Assembly (NCBI GenBank): GCA_963699165.1
Contig: OY969413.1
Coordinates: forward strand, 916,562-980,561
DNA: 64,000 nucleotides
Origin: Candidatus Kaiserbacteria bacterium
GTDB taxonomy: Bacteria; Patescibacteriota; Minisyncoccia; Phycocordibacterales; Phycocordibacteraceae
Direction: 5' to 3'
The notes under the pieces were generated by a model, which saw only the letters and a list, made by a program, of their open reading frames with translations, searched no databases and had not been told where the DNA came from. Positions 44,821-54,509 of this stretch are shown piece after piece; positions within the stretch are counted from its first letter, which is position 1, and every line of letters begins with the position of its first letter. Made by a program: the position numbers and the translations under genes.

Positions 44821-45746
44821 AGGTACTTTCCGCCGCGCAGGATCCCGGGGGCCGCAATGCCATTGCGCCGGTTCTTGAAGCGCTTGCGGCCGCCGGAGCG
44901 ACGGTCGGAGAACATGTTGCATCGCCGGATATATTCATCGCCGGGACGAGTGCCGGCGATTCGATCGATAAACGCATTTTGGAGCATCTTGGGGAAACGC
45001 CGAGTGTCTATGTGCTCGATTTCTGGCTGAATTACTGGCAGCGGTTTTCAACGATTGGAAAAAAAGATTTCAAATATTTGCCGACGCGCATTTGCATCAT
45101 GGATGACATCGCCAAAGACGAAATGATTGCCGAGGGATTTTCTCCGGAACGGCTCGTCGTAACCGGCAATCCGCACTTCGACCATTTTGCCGATGCAATA
45201 ACGCGTACCGGCGAAGAAAAAGAACGGATACTTTTTGTTTCGCAACCAATCGCATCGGTTGCAAATTTGCAGGGATTTGCCGCGGTGGCGCATGACGAGT
45301 TCGAGTCGCTTGCGGATGTGCTCGACGCGCTCACGGCGCTTCCCGAAAAATATTATCTTTCGCTTCGGTTGCATCCGAAAGAATCTTCCGACAAATATGC
45401 CGAATACCTCGGGCCACGCGTTCGGCGTGCATCCGAATCAACACTTGAGGAAGCGCTTTCGAAATCGGGACTTATCGTAGGGATGTCGTCGCCGGTGTTA
45501 TTGCAGGCCGCGGCGGCCGAAAAGAAGGTATTGAGTTACGAACCGGAACTTCTCGGCAATGACCCTCTCGTAAGCAATCGGGTCGGCGTTACGAGGCGCA
45601 TTGAGGATCGGAAAGCGCTCGTTGACGCGTTTTCTTCATATGCGCGCGACGAATGGCAATTTGCGGGCCGTTCGATGAGAGAGGTATGGCCGAAGGGCGC
45701 GACGGAACGCGTGATTGACGTCGTTCATTCTCTTTTGCGCGTATGA
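44817..45746 (+). CDS. Hypothetical protein, a possible GT-B-like fold (PseG/MurG-like?) by weak resemblance only.
   Basis: A 309-aa product. …SGLIVGMSSPVLLQAAAAEKKVL… is reminiscent of the MurG/PseG C-terminal nucleotide-binding segment. This is not a confident family call. Confidence 0.4.
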   Translation: MKVLSAAQDPGGRNAIAPVLEALAAAGATVGEHVASPDIFIAGTSAGDSIDKRILEHLGETPSVYVLDFWLNYWQRFSTIGKKDFKYLPTRICIMDDIAKDEMIAEGFSPERLVVTGNPHFDHFADAITRTGEEKERILFVSQPIASVANLQGFAAVAHDEFESLADVLDALTALPEKYYLSLRLHPKESSDKYAEYLGPRVRRASESTLEEALSKSGLIVGMSSPVLLQAAAAEKKVLSYEPELLGNDPLVSNRVGVTRRIEDRKALVDAFSSYARDEWQFAGRSMREVWPKGATERVIDVVHSLLRV

Positions 45747-46624
45747 ATACGGAACCTCAGGCGATTGTGGTAACGGGAATGCGGGGGCTCCTCGGGTCGA
45801 CGCTTTTGCGCACGAAAATCGACGGAGGGAATCCCGTGGGGTTTGCTTCTGACATAACCGATAGGGATGCGATTTCCGCCGAGGTAAACTCGCTTAAGCC
45901 GCGGTGGATTATTCACGCGGCGGCGATGACCGACGTCGGCGCGTGCGAGAGGGATCCTGCGGCGGCGCGCGAGGTAAATGTCGAAGGAACAAAAAAAGTT
46001 GTTGATTCGGCGCACGCCGCCGGAGCGTCCCTGATGTATATCTCGACCGTATCAGTGTTCTCCGGCCGCGAAGGAAATTATACGGAAGGCGATACTCCGG
46101 AGCCGATGAATGTCTATAACACAACCAAACGAGACGGCGAGCTTGCCGTGTTGGCATATGAAAAGGGGATGGTTCTGCGGCTAAATCTCATCGGCGTACA
46201 CCCGGACGGTTCGCGCGGCAAGAATTTTATGGAATGGCTCATTGATTCCATCAACGCAAACAAGGATATGACTTTATTTAATGACCAGTTTATCAATCCG
46301 CTTTCAAACTGGACCGTTGCAGCAACCATCAAGACATTGATCGAGCGGGAAGTGACGGAGAAGATTCTGCATATCGGAAGCAGCAATGTTCTTTCAAAAG
46401 CGGAAATCGCTACATTGGCGCTTGCGCGATTTTCCGAGTATCGCGGAACCGTAGTTCAGAAAAGCATTGACAGCATTGCCGACGGCGTTCCGCGTCCTAA
46501 ACAAATGTGGCTTAATTGCGATACGGCGAGCGGAATTATGGGCAGCGGATTTCCGGACATTGGGTCGGAAATCGAAATCATTTTGAATTCCTTTCCGCTA
46601 GCGTTGCGCGGGCATTCGGTATAA
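45743..46624 (+). CDS. RmlD-like NAD(P)H-dependent sugar reductase (dTDP-4-dehydrorhamnose reductase family).
   Basis: AIVVTGMRGLLGSTL Rossmann motif and YNTTKRDGE (YxxxK). The domain order is RmlD-like. Confidence 0.65.
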   Translation: MNTEPQAIVVTGMRGLLGSTLLRTKIDGGNPVGFASDITDRDAISAEVNSLKPRWIIHAAAMTDVGACERDPAAAREVNVEGTKKVVDSAHAAGASLMYISTVSVFSGREGNYTEGDTPEPMNVYNTTKRDGELAVLAYEKGMVLRLNLIGVHPDGSRGKNFMEWLIDSINANKDMTLFNDQFINPLSNWTVAATIKTLIEREVTEKILHIGSSNVLSKAEIATLALARFSEYRGTVVQKSIDSIADGVPRPKQMWLNCDTASGIMGSGFPDIGSEIEIILNSFPLALRGHSV

Positions 46625-46633
46625 TATGCCGCT

Positions 46634-48004
46634 ATGAAAGGAGCAGAAGGCGAATTCTTAAAAAAACATACGAGCGAATTCGGTCCGCTGCTGGATCCGA
46701 AGGTAACTGCCGCTCTGGATGAAAATAGAGACCTTACGCCCGAACAGGTTGCAGAATCAATCGAACGGGTTGAAACAAAGGTGTTCAAATGGGAACGCGG
46801 TGGCGCCGATACTGATGGGAAGCGCATATTGCTTGAAGCAGCCGAGCCGGCGGCTTTCAGAACCGTTCAGACCCTTGTTGAATTTTTAGAAAAAGACGAG
46901 CGCTGCGGAGCCATTACTCTTGTTACCGACAACATCGCGGGGAAGAACTTTGTGGCCGGCGAGGAATCGCTTGGACTCAAACAGGTTCGCAATCCCGGCC
47001 AGCCGGTCCTTGCCGATATCGAAGGGCCGTTCGACTCGGTTCTCGTTCTTGCGGAGCCAAAAAATAGTCCCGACAAGCCGTTTCTCTTCGGTGGAAAGAG
47101 CGTGTACGGCGGCGAAAAGACAAAAATCATTTATTTGATTGACGGCGTGCTTTCAAGCTCCGTACGCGAATGGTTTGCCGACAGCGCATCGGAACACATG
47201 GATTGCATAGATACCGTTTGCGTGGCCAACGAGTTTTCAAAAGAACTGCTTGCGGCCGCCGTGCCGCAACTGAAAGATCGCATAACGGCTGTCGGGTCAA
47301 TCTTGCTCCAAGGATTTAAGAATGATTTGATAAAAAATAAACTGTTTGAAGCGGCAAATGCCGCGGAGAGCAGACGTTCCATTCGCAATTCCCTCCACGT
47401 GCCGCTTGACTCCGTTATGGTACTGTATTCCGGCTTTCCGTCCGCCGACTATGAATCCATGGGAGGGAAGGCCGGCACGGACCTCGCACAGGGTGAAAAA
47501 ACGCTCAATCAGGACACTTTTGAACGGACATTTAGAGCGGTTCTGAAGGCGGCGCGGGAAAACCCGGACAAGCAATTTGCTCTCGCGGTTCGCACGCATC
47601 CGCGCGCCGCAGGGATTGATAATGATTTGCAGGTCCCTTCCGAACTCCCGGAAAATCTTCACGTCGCATGGGCAAACGGTCCGGTCTACAACTACGATGA
47701 GGTCGCGGGCGCTGCCGATATTGTGGCGTGCCAAAGCACAAGCACGGAAGTTTTATATGCACCATATCGAGGAGTCGTGGCGGCAGTGTCCGGTTACCCG
47801 GGACACGGCATGCAACAAGAGATAAATGAAAAGATATTCGGGGACGGACTCTCCGCTTTTAGGAGTGCGGACGGTCTCCTGTATGTGGAATCGGAGAGTG
47901 CGCTGGCTGATTATCTCAAAAATTTCCAAACTCCTCCCGCCCGGCGGCCGGTTCCCGATGATCCAATCCCGAGCATCGCCGACCTATTACTCGCAGCAAA
48001 ATAA
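46634..48004 (+). CDS. Hypothetical protein (456 aa) inside the nonulosonic-acid sub-cluster.
   Basis: An intact ORF with coupled spacing in the operon. No recognisable motif. Confidence 0.5.
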   Translation: MKGAEGEFLKKHTSEFGPLLDPKVTAALDENRDLTPEQVAESIERVETKVFKWERGGADTDGKRILLEAAEPAAFRTVQTLVEFLEKDERCGAITLVTDNIAGKNFVAGEESLGLKQVRNPGQPVLADIEGPFDSVLVLAEPKNSPDKPFLFGGKSVYGGEKTKIIYLIDGVLSSSVREWFADSASEHMDCIDTVCVANEFSKELLAAAVPQLKDRITAVGSILLQGFKNDLIKNKLFEAANAAESRRSIRNSLHVPLDSVMVLYSGFPSADYESMGGKAGTDLAQGEKTLNQDTFERTFRAVLKAARENPDKQFALAVRTHPRAAGIDNDLQVPSELPENLHVAWANGPVYNYDEVAGAADIVACQSTSTEVLYAPYRGVVAAVSGYPGHGMQQEINEKIFGDGLSAFRSADGLLYVESESALADYLKNFQTPPARRPVPDDPIPSIADLLLAAK

Positions 48005-48013
48005 TTCTTTTTC

Positions 48014-49108
48014 GTGGCTTTTCAGAAGGAAATCAAAATAGGCAAGCGGCGCATCGGCCCGGGGAATCCGGCGTATATCATTGCCGAGATAGGATCAAAC
48101 TTTGACGGTTCGCTCGAACGGGCGAAACATCTCGCCGTGCTTTGCAAAGAATCCGGCGCGAACGCTTTTAAAATTCAAAATTTTACCGCGCCGAAAATCG
48201 TTTCCGCGGAAGGATTCAAAAATCTGCAGGTCGCATTTCAGGCCAAATGGGATAAGCCGGTCGTCGAGGTCTATCGCGCGGCGGAATTTCCCCGCGAATG
48301 GCTGAAAACCATTTCGGATTACTGCAAAGCTATCGGAATCGATTTTATTTCTTCGCCCTATGACCGCGAGGCGGTGGACTTGCTCGAAAAAATTAAAGCG
48401 CCGGCGCACAAACTCGGCGCGGGCGAGATTGATAACCTCGAATTCATTTCGTATGTGGCGAAAACGGGGAAGCCGGTCATTTTGAGCGTCGGAGCGGCGA
48501 CGATGGACGAGGTGGCGCAAGCGGTTGCAACGGTGCGCAAAGCGGGGAATACCAAGCTCGTTCTTCTGCAATGCGTCACGAATTATCCCTCTCCCGTCGG
48601 TGACGCAAATCTGCGGGCGATGGTTGAAATGGGAAAGAAATTCCGCGTGCCGGTCGGGTATTCGGATCACACCATCGGCGCGGAAGGCGGTGCGGACGAC
48701 CCTCTTGGCGGACTGACGGTGCCGCTCGGCGCGGTCGCTCTCGGCGCATGCATTATTGAAAAACACATCACCGATGATCGTGCCCGGAAAGGCCCCGACC
48801 ATCCTTTTGCGCTTACGATGGAAGAGCTCAAAAAAATGGTCCAAGGCATCCGCGCGATGGAGGCCGCGCTCGGCGACGGAAAGAAGCGCGTCATGCCATC
48901 GGAGAAACAGACGGTCGTCATTCAGCGCCGCGGCATGTATGCGGTGCGTGATATACCGAAGGGAGAAAAGATTACGCGGGATGCGATTGACTATCTGCGC
49001 CCGGCGATCGGCCTTCGTCCTCCTTTGATTGGAAAAGTCGTCGGCAAGAAAGCCAAACGGAACATTACGGCGCTGCACCCCATCCATAAAGAAGATGTCG
49101 GGTTCTGA
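48014..49108 (+). CDS. N-acetylneuraminate-synthase-family enzyme (NeuB/PseI/LegI-like) with a C-terminal SAF domain.
   Basis: NeuB TIM-barrel motifs (…PAYIIAEIGSNFDGSLERAK…, …KLVLLQCVTNYPSP…, …VGYSDHTIG…) and a C-terminal SAF/antifreeze-like segment (…RRGMYAVRDIPKGEKITRDAI…). Confidence 0.85.
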   Translation: MAFQKEIKIGKRRIGPGNPAYIIAEIGSNFDGSLERAKHLAVLCKESGANAFKIQNFTAPKIVSAEGFKNLQVAFQAKWDKPVVEVYRAAEFPREWLKTISDYCKAIGIDFISSPYDREAVDLLEKIKAPAHKLGAGEIDNLEFISYVAKTGKPVILSVGAATMDEVAQAVATVRKAGNTKLVLLQCVTNYPSPVGDANLRAMVEMGKKFRVPVGYSDHTIGAEGGADDPLGGLTVPLGAVALGACIIEKHITDDRARKGPDHPFALTMEELKKMVQGIRAMEAALGDGKKRVMPSEKQTVVIQRRGMYAVRDIPKGEKITRDAIDYLRPAIGLRPPLIGKVVGKKAKRNITALHPIHKEDVGF

Positions 49109-49751
49109 AAAAATAGTTGCGATTATTCCCGCCTTTAACGAGGCGGGCACGATTGGCGCCGTTGTTACGGGACTGCTGCCGCACGTGAGTGAAGTTATCG
49201 TCGTTGATGACTGTTCAAGCGATGGCACGTCTGAAGAGGCGCAAAAGGCCGGCGCAACGGTTCTCCGTCATGAAGCGAATCGCGGATACGACCGAACCAT
49301 TAACGATGGTTTTGCCGAGGCGGCGCGGCGCGGCGCCGATATCATGCTGACGTTTGATGCCGATGGCGAGCATGATGCGAATGACGTTCCGCGAATAATT
49401 TCCCCTTTGCTGTCGGAGAAAGCGGATATGGTCGCCGGACAGCGCCCGCACCTTACGCATTTCGGCGAAAAGATTTTCGCGTTATACACGTGCACTCGTT
49501 ACGGCTTGCGCGACCCGCTTTGCGGATTGAAGGCATATCGCCGCGCCGTGTATGATTCCGTCGGTTTTTTCGACTCCGTCTCATCGATTGGGACCGAATT
49601 GATGCTGCGCGGAGCCAAAAAAGGATACCGGCTTGCATTCGTCCCCATCGAACTGCATGCCCGGGTCAATGACACGTCGCGCTTCTACGCGAAGCGCTTG
49701 CGAGCAAATATAAAAATACTGCGCGCGCTCTGGCGCGTTTTATTTATCTAA
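49095..49751 (+). CDS. GT2-family glycosyltransferase.
   Basis: VAIIPAFNEAGTIG…VVDDCSSDGT… and the FDADGEHD (DxD) motif. The start at 49095 is preferred over 49029, which overlaps the NeuB-like gene. Confidence 0.7.
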   Translation: MSGSEKIVAIIPAFNEAGTIGAVVTGLLPHVSEVIVVDDCSSDGTSEEAQKAGATVLRHEANRGYDRTINDGFAEAARRGADIMLTFDADGEHDANDVPRIISPLLSEKADMVAGQRPHLTHFGEKIFALYTCTRYGLRDPLCGLKAYRRAVYDSVGFFDSVSSIGTELMLRGAKKGYRLAFVPIELHARVNDTSRFYAKRLRANIKILRALWRVLFI

Positions 49752-49772
49752 TCATTTGATACACTACTGCAT

Positions 49773-50456
49773 ATGAAACAACCAACCGTTTGCGCCATTA
49801 TTCCCGCCAAAGGGCATTCAACGCGCATCCCCGGGAAGAATCTCAAGGATTTGTGCGGTAAGCCGATGCTGGCTTATATCTTGGAGACAGCACTGGCCGT
49901 CAAAGGCATTGACCGCGTTATCGTCTCGACCGATTCGGAAGATGTCCAAAAAGTAGCAGTTCAGTACGGGGCCGACGTGCCTTTTATCCGCCCCGCCGAG
50001 CTCACCGGAGATGCCGTCACGACTCGCGAAGTGCTTGAGCATGCGGCGTCGTGGCTGGAGGAGCACGAGAATTATTCGCCCGACTACATCTTGCTTTTGT
50101 ATCCGACTTCGCCGCTCCTTAAACGAGAACGGATTGAGGAGGCGGTTCGCATTGCAAACGAACGCGATTCCGATTCCGTCGTAAGCGGTTACCTCGACAA
50201 GGGTCATTATTGGATTGAAGTCGAGGGCGGATGGGAGCGATTCTATCCACTAAAACAAGTGAACAGCCAATACCAGATTCCGCTCTTTGTCGAAAACGGC
50301 GCCATATATCTCACCAAGCGCAGATTTATGAAGCGGCAATATGCAGCAGACAAAGCGGATATTCTCCTCATGGATCCGGATGAAAATGTCGACGTCGATT
50401 ATCCGGAGGATTTTGCAAAAGTCGAGGCGATACTCAAAGGCAAAGGCGGTAGCTAA
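49773..50456 (+). CDS. Acylneuraminate (CMP-nonulosonic acid) cytidylyltransferase family enzyme (NeuA/PseF/LegF-like).
   Basis: N-terminal VCAIIPAKGHSTRIPGKNLKDLCGKPML matches the CMP-NeuAc synthetase (CTP_transf_3) signature. Confidence 0.8.
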   Translation: MKQPTVCAIIPAKGHSTRIPGKNLKDLCGKPMLAYILETALAVKGIDRVIVSTDSEDVQKVAVQYGADVPFIRPAELTGDAVTTREVLEHAASWLEEHENYSPDYILLLYPTSPLLKRERIEEAVRIANERDSDSVVSGYLDKGHYWIEVEGGWERFYPLKQVNSQYQIPLFVENGAIYLTKRRFMKRQYAADKADILLMDPDENVDVDYPEDFAKVEAILKGKGGS

Positions 50457-50490
50457 TCGCGGCTTTCGCGGGTTATAGTTACTGTCGGAT

Positions 50491-52257
50491 ATGAATATTA
50501 CTTTACGCACGCTTTGGAACACGTTCCGCGGATACCGCTGGCACATAGTCGCACTTGTGGTGTTCGGTTTTTTGGGCGCCATTCTCGAGGGCATCGGCAT
50601 CAACGCGGTCATTCCGCTGATGTCATTTTTTACAGGCAACGGCGCGGGTGCGGCGACCGATACCATCACAAACGCCATACGCGGTCTCTTTACCTTCTTC
50701 TCGATACCGTTTACCTTCCGCTACCTGCTCGCATTCATCCTCGTCCTCTTCATACTGCGTGCGATTTCAACTGTCGTCTTCGGCTATATTCGCGGCTGGA
50801 TAAGCGCGGATTTTCTAGCGAGAGAAAGCGAAGACATTCTCGGCCGCGCCTTGTCCGCTTCGTGGCCATTTTCACTTAAACAAAAAATCGGGACGATTCA
50901 AAACACGCTCATCCGCGATATTCAGCAAACCGGTGCGCTCTTGGGTTCTGTCGCGCAGAGCGTTCAATCGTACAGCGGTTTTCTAATGTATTTTCTAGTC
51001 GCGATTAACATCTCGCCGACGATGACGTTCTATACACTCGGCGGCGGCGCAGTGCTCATTTTTGCTCTGCGGCCGTTTCTCCGCCGCGCCCAGCTCCTCG
51101 GACAGGAAGTGGCGGGCGTTGAAAAACAGTACTCGCAATTTTTGAGCGAGCATCTTACGGGAATGAAATCGGTAAAAGCGGCCGGCATGGAGCACGCGGC
51201 TCTTGCGAGCGGCGACCGGCACATTCAATCGCTTCGCCGTCTTGGCGTACGACAGGCGCTCATTCGGTCGGTCGGCACCAGCTTTTTTCAGCCGGCAAGT
51301 ATCGTTCTGATTGTTGTGCTTTTTCTGCTGACCTATCGCTTGCAGACATTCAGCATAATCTCATTTGTCGCTTCGCTGTACCTCATCCAAAAGATATTTA
51401 CGTATCTTGAGTCCGGCCAGGTCGCGGTCCAGTCCATGAGCGAGCTGTTGCCGTATGCGCAGAATATCGCCGCCTTCAAACGCAGTTTCGATTTGCACCG
51501 CGAATCATCAGAGGGGGATGCGCCATTCGTCTTCGAAAGGGAGCTGACATTTAAAGAAGTATCCTTTGCGTATCTAGACGACAAGCTTGTTCTCGACAAG
51601 GTCAATTTCTCGATTCGAGCGGGTGAGACGGTCGGCCTCGTAGGTCCTTCGGGCGCGGGGAAAACATCGGTCGCAGACCTTTGTTTGCGACTTTTCAAGC
51701 CGGATGCGGGAGAACTGTTGCTCGACGGAGTATCGAGTACGAACATCAAACTCGAATCATGGCGCAGACACATCGGCTATGTCTCGCAAGAGGCATTTCT
51801 GCTGAACGGAACCATCGAAGAAAATATCCGTTTCTATAACGAATCGCTTAGTCGAGAGGACATCGAACGCGCGGCTCGGCAGGCAAACATTTACGATTTC
51901 ATCGACAGCTTGCCGGAAGGATTTTCGACGATTACCGGCGACCGAGGCGTCATGCTGTCCGGCGGCCAGCGCCAGCGGGTTGCACTGGCTCGCGCGCTCG
52001 CCGGTTCGCCAGCGCTTCTCATTCTCGACGAGGCGACGAGCGCGCTTGACCACGAATCCGAAAAACTCATTCATGCATCGATACGGGCACTTCGCGGCAA
52101 GGTTGCGGTTCTCATCATCGCGCACCGGCCATCAACCGTCTCGGATGCGGACACGATTCTCGTTCTGAATCACGGTCATATTTTGGAGCAGGGAACGCCG
52201 CACAAACTAATGGCAAACCGCGAATCGTATTTCTATAAAATGCAGCAAAACATTTAG
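50491..52257 (+). CDS. ABC transporter, a fused permease–ATPase exporter (MsbA/type-I exporter-like).
   Basis: Six-TM N-terminal domain, Walker A GPSGAGKTS, ABC signature LSGGQRQRVALARAL, Walker B LLILDEATSALD and an H-loop. Confidence 0.85.
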   Translation: MNITLRTLWNTFRGYRWHIVALVVFGFLGAILEGIGINAVIPLMSFFTGNGAGAATDTITNAIRGLFTFFSIPFTFRYLLAFILVLFILRAISTVVFGYIRGWISADFLARESEDILGRALSASWPFSLKQKIGTIQNTLIRDIQQTGALLGSVAQSVQSYSGFLMYFLVAINISPTMTFYTLGGGAVLIFALRPFLRRAQLLGQEVAGVEKQYSQFLSEHLTGMKSVKAAGMEHAALASGDRHIQSLRRLGVRQALIRSVGTSFFQPASIVLIVVLFLLTYRLQTFSIISFVASLYLIQKIFTYLESGQVAVQSMSELLPYAQNIAAFKRSFDLHRESSEGDAPFVFERELTFKEVSFAYLDDKLVLDKVNFSIRAGETVGLVGPSGAGKTSVADLCLRLFKPDAGELLLDGVSSTNIKLESWRRHIGYVSQEAFLLNGTIEENIRFYNESLSREDIERAARQANIYDFIDSLPEGFSTITGDRGVMLSGGQRQRVALARALAGSPALLILDEATSALDHESEKLIHASIRALRGKVAVLIIAHRPSTVSDADTILVLNHGHILEQGTPHKLMANRESYFYKMQQNI

Positions 52258-52325
52258 TGTGCCTTGGCAATACTTCCGGCGCCTGTTCTCACTGGTGCAT
52301 TCGGTATGCTATAGTTTTGTTTATT

Positions 52326-54509
52326 ATGAAAAAAAGCATAGCGAAAGAAATCGCGCGATGGATCGCGCTCGGTGCATTGTTTATTATTACACTGACTCCG
52401 TTTTTGGTTGTCAACTCGTTCTTTTTTCCGTTTATCACCGGCAAAGCGTTCTATTTTCGTATTGTCGTTGAGATAGCCGTTGCCGCGTGGGGCGTCCTCG
52501 CTTTCCTCGACAAAGAGTACCGGCCTCGATTTTCATGGGTAGGGGCGGCCGCCGTGGCCTTTGTAGCGTGGATGTTCATCGCCGATTTGTTTGCGCCGAA
52601 TGCCGCAAAGGCCTTTTGGAGCAATTTTGAACGCATGGAGGGATGGGTGCTGCTCATCCATCTTCTCGGATTCTTCTTTGCGGCGAGCGCGGTCTTGCGC
52701 GTGAACAAACAGTGGCGCAATTGGCTGCTCGTGTCGCTCGGCGTCGCGCTTTTCGTCTCCGGCTATGCGATTCTGCAGCTGGTGAATCCGACCGCGTACC
52801 CGATTCATCAGGGTTCCACGCGCATCGACGCCTCGTTTGGCAATTCGGCGTACTTGGCGATTTATCTTCTCTTCAGCACGTTTGTCGCGCTCTGGCTTGC
52901 GCTCACCGAGAAGCGGGCATGGCTCAAGTGGCTGCTTATCGCGGTTTCGGTGCTTGAAGGCGTGCTCATCTTCTTTACCGAGACGCGCGGTACGGTCATA
53001 GGTCTCACGGTTGCGCTCGCGCTTGCCGCATTTCTTGCGGCAATTACGGCCGGGAAGCGCGTGCGCGGATATGCGGTGATTGCTCTTGCGGCCATTGTGC
53101 TGCTTGTCGGCGGCATCTATCTTGCGCGCGACTCTTCTTTCATTCAGAACAATCATGTGTTGCAGCGGGTCACCTCGATTTCGCTCTCGGACGGCCAGAC
53201 GCGCTTCACCATCTGGCATATGGCTTTTGAAGGCGTTCTTGAGCGCCCAATAGTCGGGTGGGGACAGGAAGGATTTAATTACGTGTTTAATCAATTCTAC
53301 GACCCGTCGCTCTATGCGCAGGAGCCGTGGTTCGACCGCGCGCACAACGCATTCATCGATTGGTTCGCGGCGGGCGGATTCCCGGCGTTCTTGCTCTACG
53401 TATCGCTCTTCGGAACCGCAATCGCGCTCTTGTGGAGAAGTTCGAAACTTTCGCGCGCGGAGCGCATTCTTGTGACGGCTGCCCTTGTCGGATACGCGAT
53501 TCACAATCTTTTCGTCTTCGATAATCTCTACTCTTACGTGTACTTCTTCGCGCTTTTGGCGCTCATTGATTCGCAGGTGGCGAAACCGATACGACAGCTC
53601 GAAACATTGCCGGAAATTTCCGCGGCTGACGGTCTTTCGTACGCGCTTCCCATCGGCGCCGTTGTTGCGTTCGGGCTCGTGTGGTTCGTAAACGTCCCGG
53701 GCATACGTGTGGCAAATGAACTCATCACCGCGCTTACGCCGGCTCCCGACAGCCCGACTCCGAATCTCGCCGCCTTTGAGGATTTGACCGCGCATCCGGC
53801 GTTTGCGGCGCAGGAGATTCGCGAGCAGCTGGTCAATTTTGCAGCGACAGAAGTGCAGAATGCTCAGGTGCCGAATGCGCAAAAGCAACAAATCGTTAAT
53901 CTCGCCGTAACCGAGATGCAAAAGCAGGTGGCTGCGTATCCGAAGGATGCGCGCGAACAACTTGAGTTGTCGTATGTCTATCGCGCAGCCGGAGACGGTC
54001 CCGATGCACTTAAGGCGATACAGACCGCGAGCGCCCTCTCTCCCGGCAAGGAAGAAATCTGGATTGAGGAAGGCGAGCTGGAGTGGGATTTGGGCAATAT
54101 AGCCGCAGCACAGACGGATTTGACTACCGCCTACAAGCTCGGTCCGCAATTCAAGGACCTTGCCGCGTATGCGGCGGCTGGGGATTTTGCGGTCAACGAC
54201 ATCGGCGATGCCGACAAAGTATTGCTCGGCGCATACGGAACGACGACCGTGGATAGCGATGTGCTTGCGGTCGCATACTATCGTTCGAAAAATTGGCCGC
54301 AGCTCATTGCGCTCAGTCAGCTGCGTGCGATGCAGCCGGGAGCGACCGTTCAGACGTGGTTTCAGCTCGCCGCCGCGTATTACACCGCGGGCGACAAAGC
54401 CAACGCCATCAAAACAATTAACAAGGCGATTGCGATCTTCCCGGATGCTGCCGCCTCGGGAGCAGCCGCGATCGCCCAAATAGAAGGAAAGACGCCGGCA
54501 GGGCAATGA
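52326..54509 (+). CDS. O-antigen ligase/polymerase-domain (Wzy_C-like) polytopic membrane protein with a C-terminal TPR-repeat region.
   Basis: Multiple TM helices with a Wzy_C-like segment (…FGNSAYLAIYLLFSTFVALWLAL…, …RAHNAFIDWFAAGGFPAFLLY…). TPR-like repeats at the C-terminus (…AAAYYTAGDKANAIKTINKAIAIFPD…). The start at 52326 (MKKSIAKEI…) is preferred. Confidence 0.7.
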   Translation: MKKSIAKEIARWIALGALFIITLTPFLVVNSFFFPFITGKAFYFRIVVEIAVAAWGVLAFLDKEYRPRFSWVGAAAVAFVAWMFIADLFAPNAAKAFWSNFERMEGWVLLIHLLGFFFAASAVLRVNKQWRNWLLVSLGVALFVSGYAILQLVNPTAYPIHQGSTRIDASFGNSAYLAIYLLFSTFVALWLALTEKRAWLKWLLIAVSVLEGVLIFFTETRGTVIGLTVALALAAFLAAITAGKRVRGYAVIALAAIVLLVGGIYLARDSSFIQNNHVLQRVTSISLSDGQTRFTIWHMAFEGVLERPIVGWGQEGFNYVFNQFYDPSLYAQEPWFDRAHNAFIDWFAAGGFPAFLLYVSLFGTAIALLWRSSKLSRAERILVTAALVGYAIHNLFVFDNLYSYVYFFALLALIDSQVAKPIRQLETLPEISAADGLSYALPIGAVVAFGLVWFVNVPGIRVANELITALTPAPDSPTPNLAAFEDLTAHPAFAAQEIREQLVNFAATEVQNAQVPNAQKQQIVNLAVTEMQKQVAAYPKDAREQLELSYVYRAAGDGPDALKAIQTASALSPGKEEIWIEEGELEWDLGNIAAAQTDLTTAYKLGPQFKDLAAYAAAGDFAVNDIGDADKVLLGAYGTTTVDSDVLAVAYYRSKNWPQLIALSQLRAMQPGATVQTWFQLAAAYYTAGDKANAIKTINKAIAIFPDAAASGAAAIAQIEGKTPAGQ

